Shown here: piece after piece, positions 9,824 to 18,504 of the stretch
Layout: every line of letters begins with the position of its first letter
Numbering within the stretch: position 1 is the stretch's first letter
Source of the DNA: a virus
Virus record (IMG/VR): IMGVR_UViG_3300042197_000820
Span: 1-64,000 of that record
DNA length: 64,000 nucleotides
Strand: one strand, 5' to 3'
Program-made: the position numbers and the translations under genes
Notes under the pieces: model-generated
Database searches by the model: none
Seen by the model: the letters and a program-made list of their open reading frames with translations, nothing else
Told to the model about the DNA's origin: nothing

Positions 9824-9975
9824 CCTTTTCCTTGTCCGCGATAACGCTTACGGTATCCCTTTGGAACTGTACCGTTAGAACCTAGTCTCTTGAACTTGGA
9901 ATGCTTTCCATTTCCAATAGTGGTCTTTTTCTTCGTTGGTTGGTAATCTTTACCATTACGTCGTCCTGCTGTCAC
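9820..9975 (-). CDS. small basic protein (51 aa) ending KRYRGQGKG; missed by ORF track
   Basis: GTG start overlaps the grx stop and TGA overlaps the next ATG; MTAGRRNGKDYQPTKKKTTIGNGKHSKFKRLGSNGTVPKGYRKRYRGQGKG. Confidence 0.8.
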   Translation of the reverse strand: MTAGRRNGKDYQPTKKKTTIGNGKHSKFKRLGSNGTVPKGYRKRYRGQGKG

Positions 9976-10226
9976 TCTTCAACTCCTAATGTTTTTTTGA
10001 GTGTTCCCTCTGCTCTCAGTCTATCAAGATCTGAGAAGCCTCCAATAAATCTATCATCTACCCAAACTTGTGGGACGGTACTACAGTTAGACAAAGCTTT
10101 TAGCGTAGCCCAAGTAGTGTCGTCACCCGTAATGTCAACCGAAAGGAAAGTGAACCCTTCCGATACTAGTAACTCAACTGCTTTTTTGCACCAAGGGCAG
10201 TAACTTGCTGTGTATACTCTAATCAT
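9972..10226 (-). CDS. glutaredoxin
   Basis: CPWC active site, TVPQVW, IGGFSDL. Confidence 0.93.
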   Translation of the reverse strand: MIRVYTASYCPWCKKAVELLVSEGFTFLSVDITGDDTTWATLKALSNCSTVPQVWVDDRFIGGFSDLDRLRAEGTLKKTLGVEE

Positions 10227-10229
10227 TTA

Positions 10230-10412
10230 TCACCAATCATTGTATGTGTCTTCCATTCTTTCTTTGTCTACTTCTAGTTGTGCTTCTTTGATCATCTTAA
10301 TCACAAGATCCAGCATAGTTCTATCACTATAAGACGTTGTACTCCACATCAAATAAGTCTGAAACTCTAGAAGTTGCTTATACGACATGTGTATTGTGTA
10401 TTTCTTATCCAT
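10230..10412 (-). CDS. hypothetical protein
   Basis: 60-aa ORF in operon. Confidence 0.55.
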   Translation of the reverse strand: MDKKYTIHMSYKQLLEFQTYLMWSTTSYSDRTMLDLVIKMIKEAQLEVDKERMEDTYNDW

Positions 10413-10497
10413 CTATACATCCTTTTATAACACAAAATACAGCGACTATCAACGAAATAATCATAAATCTGTAATAATGCTTGTCGTCGTTAGTCAT
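10405..10497 (-). CDS. small membrane peptide (30 aa)
   Basis: MTNDDKHYYRFMIISLIVAVFCVIKGCIDG fills the gap between neighbours; one hydrophobic helix. Confidence 0.45.
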   Translation of the reverse strand: MTNDDKHYYRFMIISLIVAVFCVIKGCIDG

Positions 10498-10499
10498 TT

Positions 10500-10712
10500 T
10501 TAATCCCAAGTTATCTTGATTAACCCAGTAAGACATTCGGGGCAAGAGACTTTATCTGTGTAATCGCCAGAATCTACTTGCCAGCGTTCTACCGAATGTC
10601 CGTGTCCGCACTCGCTACACTGTAGCCACCCTGTTCTGCCGAGGTCAAAAGCACCGCAATCACATCTATGCCAATCTTGGTGCCAAGAACAAGTTGGCGT
10701 ATGTTCGTTCAT
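10500..10712 (-). CDS. Cys/His-rich Zn-ribbon hypothetical protein
   Basis: CSEC...CPEC plus N-terminal C/H cluster. Confidence 0.6.
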   Translation of the reverse strand: MNEHTPTCSWHQDWHRCDCGAFDLGRTGWLQCSECGHGHSVERWQVDSGDYTDKVSCPECLTGLIKITWD

Positions 10713-11428
10713 TCTCGGTTCTTCCTAAACGCTCCGACCGCTTCCGGCCAAAGGTCAGTTGCGATTTCCAAGCACGCTTCGGCAACCTTTTGGATTTCCC
10801 ACTGTGCGCCTTCGTGAGTTCGTAGGTCAATAAACTTTAGCAAGTTAGACAAGTTTACAGTCCCGTAATACTCTGTGTAAAGGTTCTGTGGTAAGACGCC
10901 TCTTGCTTGTTCGCGACAAACGCCTGCTTCCATAAGATCGTTGTAGAACTTGACTGCTTTTTGGTTCCAGTCTTTCATTACTGCTGACGCATCACCTTGG
11001 AAACCAGCGTTGTTGTAAGGAACTGGAACCATAGGATTGATTAGGTCTTCTACATTTGATGCTTGTCTGTTTGACTTGTGTTGTGTTCTGAACTCTTGTG
11101 GTTCGTAGAACGCAAGGTTTTCGTCAGTATAGCGTCGTGAAATCTCGTTGTAAGACCAAGTGCGATGTCGGTGATGTTGCGAGCGCACAAAAAGAGGAAC
11201 GACAAACCTGAAAGTAACAACGTTATGCTCAAAAGTAGAGGTGTGCTTATGATCAACAAGATAGCGAATAAGCTTTTTGTCTCTTTCGTCCAGTTCATCT
11301 TTTGTCTTTCCAAATGAAACGCGGGCAGAGTTTACGATTGTAAGATCGGTGCCCATATGATCTACATATTCTACTTTTCCGATACCGTCGCTATAAAGCT
11401 CGATACTGTTATTATACACCGTATTCAT
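10709..11428 (-). CDS. thyX: flavin-dependent thymidylate synthase ThyX
   Basis: ARVSF, HTSTFEH, RHRTWSYNEISRRY signature, EQARGVLP, LRTHEGAQWEI. Confidence 0.97.
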   Translation of the reverse strand: MNTVYNNSIELYSDGIGKVEYVDHMGTDLTIVNSARVSFGKTKDELDERDKKLIRYLVDHKHTSTFEHNVVTFRFVVPLFVRSQHHRHRTWSYNEISRRYTDENLAFYEPQEFRTQHKSNRQASNVEDLINPMVPVPYNNAGFQGDASAVMKDWNQKAVKFYNDLMEAGVCREQARGVLPQNLYTEYYGTVNLSNLLKFIDLRTHEGAQWEIQKVAEACLEIATDLWPEAVGAFRKNRE

Positions 11429-11837
11429 TGATAATCCTTAGTCCTTCTACAATAGCTTCTATTCTGTTTTCTTTTACCGGATAAGTATTGATTTCCTTAT
11501 ACCGAAATGGAACGATAAGCTCAAAGGCTTCCGGCCATTCTACCATGTTATCTACAAATCCGAAAAGTGGGTGAATAAAGAAACCCGACTCTGCTAGTAT
11601 ATCATGTTCCAGTATTCCAAGTGTAGCTGGATCTGTCAAGACAGGGTAAAGATCTGTTCGACCTTCTAGCCGTCTAGCTGTCTCTTCATCGGAAACCCTA
11701 TGAACGTATCCGGTTGTTCCCGGACCATAAGAAGGGCTAACGTATAGCATTCCCGGCTTCCAAGTGAAAGACTTAAGAGGAACTATTTCCCTTCCTAATG
11801 CTTCCACTAAATCTAGATCAACTTCATACTTCATCAT
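11412..11837 (-). CDS. hypothetical protein
   Basis: 141-aa ORF in operon. Confidence 0.6.
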   Translation of the reverse strand: MMKYEVDLDLVEALGREIVPLKSFTWKPGMLYVSPSYGPGTTGYVHRVSDEETARRLEGRTDLYPVLTDPATLGILEHDILAESGFFIHPLFGFVDNMVEWPEAFELIVPFRYKEINTYPVKENRIEAIVEGLRIINEYGV

Positions 11838-12255
11838 CGCTCCCTGCGTATCTTGATGGTCGTTTCATTCTTTCTAAATCTTTTTCGTGGCATGAGGTAC
11901 AAAGATTTCGAATCCAGCCTGTAGTCCGAACTGTGGCTGGCACGCCACAATATTCACACGTTTTGTAACTCATCATAGATGCCAGTGAGATAGCACCTTG
12001 TATTTCTTTGTTGCCACCAATGATGTATGCGCGAAGACCTCCGAACTTTTCTTTCACTTGTTCGAACTGTACAGGAGGTGCTTTGTTGTACTTGACCTCC
12101 ATACTAATGTATTCACATAACGTATCAAGTAGATCATACCAGCCGTCGCCTGTCTCAATACCCCAACACATGCAAGTCTGACTCATCGGAAGTGAGCGAC
12201 GAGCAAATAAATCAGGGTACTTCTCAAAGAGTTGTTGTTGTAGCTCTTCTCTCAT
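11824..12255 (-). CDS. conserved phage hypothetical protein
   Basis: GDGW, QVKEKFGGLR, TCEYCG...W..LC..C motif family common in phages. Confidence 0.75.
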   Translation of the reverse strand: MREELQQQLFEKYPDLFARRSLPMSQTCMCWGIETGDGWYDLLDTLCEYISMEVKYNKAPPVQFEQVKEKFGGLRAYIIGGNKEIQGAISLASMMSYKTCEYCGVPATVRTTGWIRNLCTSCHEKDLERMKRPSRYAGSDDEV

Positions 12256-12475
12256 CTTTTTGTTCCTCTAGATGTTCGATACAGCGTTGAAGATACCACG
12301 CCGCCTTCTTTAGATCTTCTAACACTCTGTCATGCTTCTTGCCAGCCCTTGAGATGTATTTGACAACATTCCCAAGATGGAATCCAAGCTTCCAAGCTTC
12401 TATGACTTTGATAGCCTCATACAAGTTATCTGCTCCACCGTAATGCGAAGGATGATTTACAATGTCAGCCATCAT
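12224..12475 (-). CDS. DUF3310 domain protein
   Basis: DIVNHPSHY, GFHLGNVVKYISRAGKK, EDLKKAAWYL. Confidence 0.88.
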   Translation of the reverse strand: MMADIVNHPSHYGGADNLYEAIKVIEAWKLGFHLGNVVKYISRAGKKHDRVLEDLKKAAWYLQRCIEHLEEQKDERRATTTTL

Positions 12476-12771
12476 TCAACCCACGAAGCAATAACTTGGT
12501 TCTCAGGGATAAAATGGTATTCATCCCCGCGAATCTCGACAGTCTCCATTAGATGGGTTGGGAATACAACCTTTGCTCCAACTTCGATAGTTGTAGTGCA
12601 ATCAACAGCAAGGCTTCGCACTTGCGCGATTGTATGTTCTCTAAGAACTTCCTTAGAACTCTTAAAGTCTTCAGGCAGAAGAATCAAGGGAGTCTGCTCT
12701 TCCAAGCCGGGAAGTGCATTCTCGACAGTCACAAAGATTCTCTTATTATGCGGCTCAATCGTAGTCATCAA
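12472..12771 (-). CDS. GroES-like co-chaperonin
   Basis: IEPHNKRIFV...LILLP...IEVGAKVVF...VEIRGDEYHFIPENQVIA matches the Cpn10 pattern. Confidence 0.72.
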   Translation of the reverse strand: MMTTIEPHNKRIFVTVENALPGLEEQTPLILLPEDFKSSKEVLREHTIAQVRSLAVDCTTTIEVGAKVVFPTHLMETVEIRGDEYHFIPENQVIASWVE

Positions 12772-13007
12772 TACTCCATAAACTTGTTTGATTCGATTGC
12801 TCTTTCGTGTAATCGGTACTTGTCCGTAGGCATAAACTCATCATGCAAACGCTTACAACGCTTACAGATAAATCGAACGCATACGTTATTACCACGCATT
12901 GCTTGGATATGACTCGTTGCCACCCAAGTATGCTTTTGCTTGCCCGTTGCAGATGCAGGGCAATCTTCTATTTGTTTGTCATTATCAAGAAGATAGTTGA
13001 GCTTCAT
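12768..13007 (-). CDS. hypothetical Cys/His protein
   Basis: Likely start MKLNY after GGAGG; C...H...CxxC. Confidence 0.6.
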   Translation of the reverse strand: MKLNYLLDNDKQIEDCPASATGKQKHTWVATSHIQAMRGNNVCVRFICKRCKRLHDEFMPTDKYRLHERAIESNKFMEY

Positions 13008-13026
13008 TTCGCCCTCCAACATTTAC

Positions 13027-13055
13027 ATTATAACCGTTGGGGGTAAGCGCGTCAA
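13027..13055 (-). promoter_or_regulatory. sigma70-like promoter
   Basis: TTGACG-17nt-TATAAT. Confidence 0.8.
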
Positions 13056-13074
13056 CTATCTTCGATAAAAAATC

Positions 13075-13614
13075 TTAGACTTTAGCTCTTTGCTGAATAA
13101 GGTAGATGAAAGTCTCAATATCGTTAGCATGAGCGGCGAGCATGTCATTCACGCCAAGAGGAAGTTCACCAGCTTCTTCTAGTTGGTCGAAAACATCGGT
13201 CATTAGCTGGTGATGGTCTTTGAGCATTTGTAGGCCAGTTTGTACAATAACTTCTGCATTCGCGTTAGCAGGGCTTTCATATGATTGGATTACTTCCATA
13301 GCCTTCTTAGTATTGCAAGAAGGGCAACCCATCATTTCATCGCCGCTATTACCAATAGCCTTCTCAACGGCTTCGTCATACTGTCCTTCTAAGGCACCGT
13401 AAATCTCGCCAAATAGATTTGGATGATCGCCAGAAAAACCAACACCCTTTGCCACATTGTGCGCGCCGTGGAACCAAAGTTGATTACCACGAATAGAGCC
13501 AATGTATTGGCCCATTAGATCCCTGAATAGTGAAGAAGCTTGTGGTTGTTTAGAGAGAACTACTGCTACTTCTTCTAGGATAATCTTCTTTAGTTGGGCT
13601 TTTGTAAGTTTCAT
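13075..13614 (-). CDS. Dps/ferritin-like protein with N-terminal MKLTKAQLKKIILEE extension
   Basis: HGAHNVAKGVGFSGDH...FGEIY...DEAVEK Dps ferroxidase-like pattern. Confidence 0.78.
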   Translation of the reverse strand: MKLTKAQLKKIILEEVAVVLSKQPQASSLFRDLMGQYIGSIRGNQLWFHGAHNVAKGVGFSGDHPNLFGEIYGALEGQYDEAVEKAIGNSGDEMMGCPSCNTKKAMEVIQSYESPANANAEVIVQTGLQMLKDHHQLMTDVFDQLEEAGELPLGVNDMLAAHANDIETFIYLIQQRAKV

Positions 13615-13640
13615 TTATTTCCCCTTAACACAAATAAATA

Positions 13641-13671
13641 GTCCTTCCTGCCCAAAATAGACAGAAAGGAC
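13641..13671 (-). terminator. putative intrinsic terminator after RNR, overlapping an ACTATTTA motif
   Basis: GTCCTTTCTGTC...GGCAGGAAGGAC hairpin followed by TATTTATTT. Confidence 0.5.
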
Positions 13672-13677
13672 ACATTA

Positions 13678-15531
13678 TCACTTGATCTCGCAGGCACCAC
13701 CGGCACAAGCGGCCTGATCTGTAAGATTAGTGTTGTCATCTACTTCATGAACATAGTTGAGGTCGATTGACTTTAGAGCCTCAAATAGTTTGTTGTAGGT
13801 TTCATCATCACAATCTTCGTAAGGTGCTTGCTTGTAGGTGTGTTCAAACGCTGGAAGAACCGAAAGACCGTTGTAGAATGCTCTGTTTTGCCACATCCAC
13901 TCACCAACTGTATCCCATTCATCATTCTTGATTGAGACAGTAGCAGAGACATTATGGGTGTTTTGTCCCTTGCGGTGTCCTGACTTAATCCAAGTTTGAC
14001 TTACCTTCTTTACTCTCTCCAAAAGATCAATAGCAGATTCTGTACGAACGATTGAACCTTCTGGTGCCTTTTGTGGTACCGAAATAACAGCGGTGTCGTG
14101 TGGGCGGAAGTATTCGTCCTCGATTAGTTCTGGGTGATTCTCTGCAAGGTAGGTGTAGATTGCTTCGTTCTTGCCGACACGGATACGACGAATGTAGGTG
14201 TCGTTGTGCCAAGCGTGAATGCCCGAAGAAGTTCCAAGAACAAGTGAAGTTGTACCTGAAGGCTTGACGCAAGTTGTTCTTGCTGCTGGATTGATTCCCA
14301 AAAGAGCCGCAACGCGGGCATTTTCTTCTTTTACAACTTGTGCTGCTCTTACCATATCAAGATCAAGAACCTTTCCAGAAGCAATACCAGTCATTCCAAC
14401 ACCGATTAGAGCGTCCTTCTCGGTTGTTCTCTGCCAAACTGGACGGAGATAGTGGAAGTCTGTGTAAGATGCTTGTAGAGTGCCAATAAACGCTGCTGCG
14501 CGGACTCTTGCTTCATAGTCTTCTTGTGTTTCTACATCGCTTACATTTACTTCTGTAAGATTGCAGAACTGGTAAGGGCGAAGGGCGATTTCACAACAAG
14601 GGTTTGTTCCCCAATCTTTATCGTTGTTTAGATAAATACCGGGTTCTCCTGAACCGCTTTCACGAATGCGGGTCCAAAGATCCATAAAGTATTCTTTCTC
14701 AACCTTGTGGCGAAGAAGAACGGCAGAGTTGTTAGCACGACCGCGCTGTGGGTTTGTTTCCCACCAGTTTCCTGCCTTACAAGCAATCATTTCGTCGTCG
14801 TCAGCAGAGAATAGCGAAATCAAAGCAGCGCGGCGAATACCACCAGCAAGCACGGCATCTGCGATGTGACACATAATGTCGTGGCATTCAATAGGAGTTA
14901 GCTTATCGCCGTCCTTCTTTGTGTTCAGCATTCCGTCAATCTTCACCAAACACTCAACGAGAGGTTGTGGTCCCGGTGCTTTGCCGCCTGATGTGACCAA
15001 ACGGGCACCCTTGGGGCGAATGTCCGAGAAGTCAAAGCGAATACGGCTTGTTCCCCTGAAGTAAGATTGTAGAAGCACGCGAACAGCATCGGCCCAACCT
15101 TCAATCGAATCTCCAACAAGGAATCGCTTCTCGCGACCGGATGGAATCCGAATCTCTGGTAGTTTCTCAACGTGATGCTTCTGAACCGAGAAGCCTACGC
15201 CGGTTCCGCCAAGAAGCAAGAACATTGCTTCCGAGAAAGAACGTAGATCGTCAATAGGCATAAATGCACAGTTGAAGATTCGGTTTGGGGCAATCTCGAT
15301 TGGCTTGCCACCAAACTGCATTGAACGCATTGAAGGTAATACTTGACGACTGAAAACATACTTGTATGCTTCCCTTATCTCTGATTCAAGATGTGGGTAC
15401 TTCTTGATGTGCATTTCCATATTGCGTTCCGTGATTTCCTCATAAGATTCACGGCGGTATTCTTCCGGTAGATACCTTGCGTATTTCATATGGACTGTAA
15501 TGTCCGACAAAATCCTAGTTGCTAGATTCAT
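13678..15531 (-). CDS. nrdJ: class II (adenosylcobalamin-dependent) ribonucleotide reductase, monomeric RTPR-type
   Basis: FNC, GGTGVG, RRAA, TNPCCEI, CNLTEVN, TCVKPSGT, C-terminal CAGGACE; no beta subunit in the window. Confidence 0.9.
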   Translation of the reverse strand: MNLATRILSDITVHMKYARYLPEEYRRESYEEITERNMEMHIKKYPHLESEIREAYKYVFSRQVLPSMRSMQFGGKPIEIAPNRIFNCAFMPIDDLRSFSEAMFLLLGGTGVGFSVQKHHVEKLPEIRIPSGREKRFLVGDSIEGWADAVRVLLQSYFRGTSRIRFDFSDIRPKGARLVTSGGKAPGPQPLVECLVKIDGMLNTKKDGDKLTPIECHDIMCHIADAVLAGGIRRAALISLFSADDDEMIACKAGNWWETNPQRGRANNSAVLLRHKVEKEYFMDLWTRIRESGSGEPGIYLNNDKDWGTNPCCEIALRPYQFCNLTEVNVSDVETQEDYEARVRAAAFIGTLQASYTDFHYLRPVWQRTTEKDALIGVGMTGIASGKVLDLDMVRAAQVVKEENARVAALLGINPAARTTCVKPSGTTSLVLGTSSGIHAWHNDTYIRRIRVGKNEAIYTYLAENHPELIEDEYFRPHDTAVISVPQKAPEGSIVRTESAIDLLERVKKVSQTWIKSGHRKGQNTHNVSATVSIKNDEWDTVGEWMWQNRAFYNGLSVLPAFEHTYKQAPYEDCDDETYNKLFEALKSIDLNYVHEVDDNTNLTDQAACAGGACEIK

Positions 15532-16936
15532 TTTCTGTATTCTCCGTTGTGTTTGCTCTAATAGATTGTCTAAACTTCTTGTACTTGTCTTTGAGGCGTT
15601 GAGCTTGATCTTTAGCTGTCAAGTTTGTTGTTTGACCCAGCGACAAGGGATCTTGATTTGTATTTGGTACCTTCATCTTGATACTCACATTCCTAGTACT
15701 CATGTCAATAGGGAATACGATACCATCCGGTCCAAACCGATTCTTAGCAACAAAGATCCTGCCTGTATTGTTCTGCTTGTCTTCAATCGTTCTTGATACT
15801 GTAAAGATGAAATCAGCAACAAAGCATTTCGAAAAAGCTTCTGAGATTGATTCCATTGTGATTACTTCGGCATTCAAGCCAGACCGATTGGTCTGTGAAG
15901 CAGTCCAAATAGGACATTGGAACTGTTGTGCTAGTCCTCTTAGTCCCTCGTAGATTGATTCTAACTCGTTCCTCTTTTCCTTGTCTCTAGTGACCGGCTT
16001 TAACAAGTCGCCATAGTCAACCACCACCATGTCCACTTTTGTTCCCTTTGCACGCAACCTTTCAAGGTGTGATTGCAAAGTATTTACGCTAGCCGTTTTG
16101 GTGGGGTATTCTTTGATAATTAGTGCGCCGGGGACTTGCTCGACCGATTCACGAATGATTTCTTTGTGGTTCATCAACTCGCTTAGTGGAAGCTCGGTAA
16201 TGCAGCTATCGTACCTTTGCGCGATAACGGTGTCTGATAGCTCTAGGGTGTAGTGAACTACTGTCTTGCCTTGCTTGACCGCTTGCGCTCCCAAATGCAC
16301 CAATACCATTGATTTACCGGCACCCGTAGGGGCGATTACGACTCCTAGCTCTCCGTTACCAATACCGCCGCCCGTGATTTGGTCAATCTCGTTCCAAGTA
16401 GTTGGGATTGGATCTCGGGCCTTTAGTTCGAACCGACGTTCGAAATCCTTTAGGTAATCATAACCAAAGTCATTCGAAGAACCAAGCTTTACAGCATCTG
16501 TAATCAACTTGGTGATTTCATCGAACGAAGCTGTGTTGATTAGCTTTGCCGACTTGATCATGACTTCTTTTAGCTTTTGCTTACGGCAAAAGTCTAGAGA
16601 AGTATCCTTGATAAAACCAGACTCTTCTACTTCTTCTCTAGCGAAAACCCGAGCGACGAAATCAACGACTTGTCGCTTTGTTGCATCATTCTCGTCATTC
16701 AGACCTGATTTGATGATTGTAACCATAGTCTTGCGACTAGGATGAATCTTGTAGTTCTTTCGATGTTCGACAATCTTCTCGACAAACACACGAAGATACT
16801 TGAGTTCCAAGAAGTTTGGGTCAAATACTTCCAGTAGTTGATCTGCGAAAGGTCGATCATCGAGGATTAGACTACATAGGTCTTCTTGGAAAGACTTGCC
16901 GTACTGTGCAAAGTTGACCGGCTTCTGTTCCAACAT
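15515..16936 (-). CDS. DnaB-like replicative helicase (T4 gp41-like)
   Basis: Walker A APTGAGKS, YTLE, VVDYGD, TASQTNR, KNRFG. Confidence 0.93.
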   Translation of the reverse strand: MLEQKPVNFAQYGKSFQEDLCSLILDDRPFADQLLEVFDPNFLELKYLRVFVEKIVEHRKNYKIHPSRKTMVTIIKSGLNDENDATKRQVVDFVARVFAREEVEESGFIKDTSLDFCRKQKLKEVMIKSAKLINTASFDEITKLITDAVKLGSSNDFGYDYLKDFERRFELKARDPIPTTWNEIDQITGGGIGNGELGVVIAPTGAGKSMVLVHLGAQAVKQGKTVVHYTLELSDTVIAQRYDSCITELPLSELMNHKEIIRESVEQVPGALIIKEYPTKTASVNTLQSHLERLRAKGTKVDMVVVDYGDLLKPVTRDKEKRNELESIYEGLRGLAQQFQCPIWTASQTNRSGLNAEVITMESISEAFSKCFVADFIFTVSRTIEDKQNNTGRIFVAKNRFGPDGIVFPIDMSTRNVSIKMKVPNTNQDPLSLGQTTNLTAKDQAQRLKDKYKKFRQSIRANTTENTENESSN

Positions 16937-16963
16937 TAGTGTACCTCTTTATTTTCGAGTATA

Positions 16964-16992
16964 ATCATAACCCTTTCACGCTTGCCCGTCAA
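16964..16992 (-). promoter_or_regulatory. sigma70-like promoter for helicase
   Basis: TTGACG-17nt-TATGAT. Confidence 0.6.
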
Positions 16993-17971
16993 GCGTTTTG
17001 CTATTGCTTGACACAATGCGTCGAAGGCTAACAGTGATGTCCGACCAATCAAATGCTGCGAAGCCGTTCTTTAGAGAAAGAGACTTTAGATTCGTAAGGT
17101 TTAGATCAAACCCAAAGTTATTCAGAGCGTAGTTGATCTTCTCACGACCTTGGACCGAGATAGAAGGAGGAGAAAGATTCATCATCTTGTAGTTGTCTTG
17201 GACAATGCTGAAGTTCCTAGCAATGGTATCGTATGCACTAGACTGCTTTAGATTTTCATTGCAGTATTCCAATACCTCGCGAAGATAGAAGCCCTTGGTT
17301 TCCTTCAAGAAAGGAAAACGCTTGGCAATCGTCGCAAGACCAACACCACCAACACCGGGAAGATTATCAGACTTGTCACCAGCAATGGCACGGGCGATTG
17401 CAAAGTTCTCAGGAGCAATACCATACTCTTCGATAACATTCTTGCTAGTGTGAATCTGCTTTTGGATTGGACGATACAGGATAGTCTCTTCGTCTAGAAG
17501 TTGCAAGAAGTCCTTATCAGAAGAAACAATAATCCTCTGCCACCCATCATACTTAGAGTGTGAACAAACATAAGAAATCAAATCATCTGCTTCCACATTA
17601 TCCAGCATAAGCTGAATGATGGGCATCTCGTTAATAACTTCCAAAAGAAGAGAGTGCTGCCAGACTTGGTTCTCTTTCTTGCTTTGCTCGCTCATACCTT
17701 CCACTTCGTAGTTGGTACGAATAGGCTTACGACCAGCCTTGTATTCCTTAATGATCTCACGACGCTTCTGAGAGCCGCCGGGGCCATCCCAGCAAATAAC
17801 CACTTGGGTAGGCTTCATTTCCCTCATTAGCTTGTTTAGAGAGCCAAGGAAGCCTACAACACCGCCAATAGGATTACCATTGGTGGAAATAGCGGGATTG
17901 ACAATGTATCCACGAAGATACATGTTCAGCCCGTCAATAATCATAACTCGCTTATTATTGTCAGTCGCCAT
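16976..17971 (-). CDS. 5'-3' exonuclease / flap endonuclease (T4 RNase H-like)
   Basis: IIDGLN, YKAGR, EADDLI, SSDKDFLQ, GDKSDNLPGVGGVG; likely start MATDN after GGAGG. Confidence 0.93.
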   Translation of the reverse strand: MATDNNKRVMIIDGLNMYLRGYIVNPAISTNGNPIGGVVGFLGSLNKLMREMKPTQVVICWDGPGGSQKRREIIKEYKAGRKPIRTNYEVEGMSEQSKKENQVWQHSLLLEVINEMPIIQLMLDNVEADDLISYVCSHSKYDGWQRIIVSSDKDFLQLLDEETILYRPIQKQIHTSKNVIEEYGIAPENFAIARAIAGDKSDNLPGVGGVGLATIAKRFPFLKETKGFYLREVLEYCNENLKQSSAYDTIARNFSIVQDNYKMMNLSPPSISVQGREKINYALNNFGFDLNLTNLKSLSLKNGFAAFDWSDITVSLRRIVSSNSKTLDGQA

Positions 17972-18434
17972 TGTTTGCCTCCTTCTTCGGCTTAGGCTGT
18001 CTCGTTTGGTAAAACAAATCTTCATCGGTCAAACCATTGCTGAGCTTGATGCTGGCAACATGCTCATCGTCAACGGTATAAACCACCTTCTTGATCCCAA
18101 CATGCTCCATGACTCGGAGACACATTGGACACGGCTTCGAAAGCCGAAACTCATTCCTCTTTCCGACGCGGGCAACGTACATAACAGCCCCATCGGTAAC
18201 ATCGCGAGCAATGCCAAGAACAGCGCCGACTTCGGCGTGTTGCGTAGCATGACCGCAGTTATGATTGCGAAAACGATTCGCCCACCAAACAGATCGCAAA
18301 TCATTGCAAGACGTATTGATGATAGAACCGCCCTTAACAAGAACGGCTCCGTGGCGATAATCCGGGGAATCTGAGCAAGTCGCAATCTTCTTGGCCAGTT
18401 CCAAATACCTGCGCTGTCGCTTCGTCAAACTCAT
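17961..18434 (-). CDS. cytidine/dCMP deaminase-family Zn protein
   Basis: HGAVLV, HAE, SKPCPMC, GIKKVVY. Confidence 0.88.
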   Translation of the reverse strand: MSLTKRQRRYLELAKKIATCSDSPDYRHGAVLVKGGSIINTSCNDLRSVWWANRFRNHNCGHATQHAEVGAVLGIARDVTDGAVMYVARVGKRNEFRLSKPCPMCLRVMEHVGIKKVVYTVDDEHVASIKLSNGLTDEDLFYQTRQPKPKKEANNGD

Positions 18435-18437
18435 GAA

Positions 18438-18482
18438 CCCCTCATACGTTTATAATATATCGTATGAGGGGCCGAGCGTCCA
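18438..18482 (-). promoter_or_regulatory. 11-bp perfect inverted repeat enclosing a putative -10 box and including the deaminase RBS
   Basis: CCCCTCATACG-12nt AT loop-CGTATGAGGGG; TGGACG-17nt-TATATT. Confidence 0.6.
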
Positions 18483-18504
18483 GCAGAACTTTGTCAAGCG
18501 AATG

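Noticed and set aside
2087-18434. Uracil- or hmU-substituted genome suggested by the deaminase
   Set aside because: dUTPase and ThyX together indicate ordinary dTTP synthesis.
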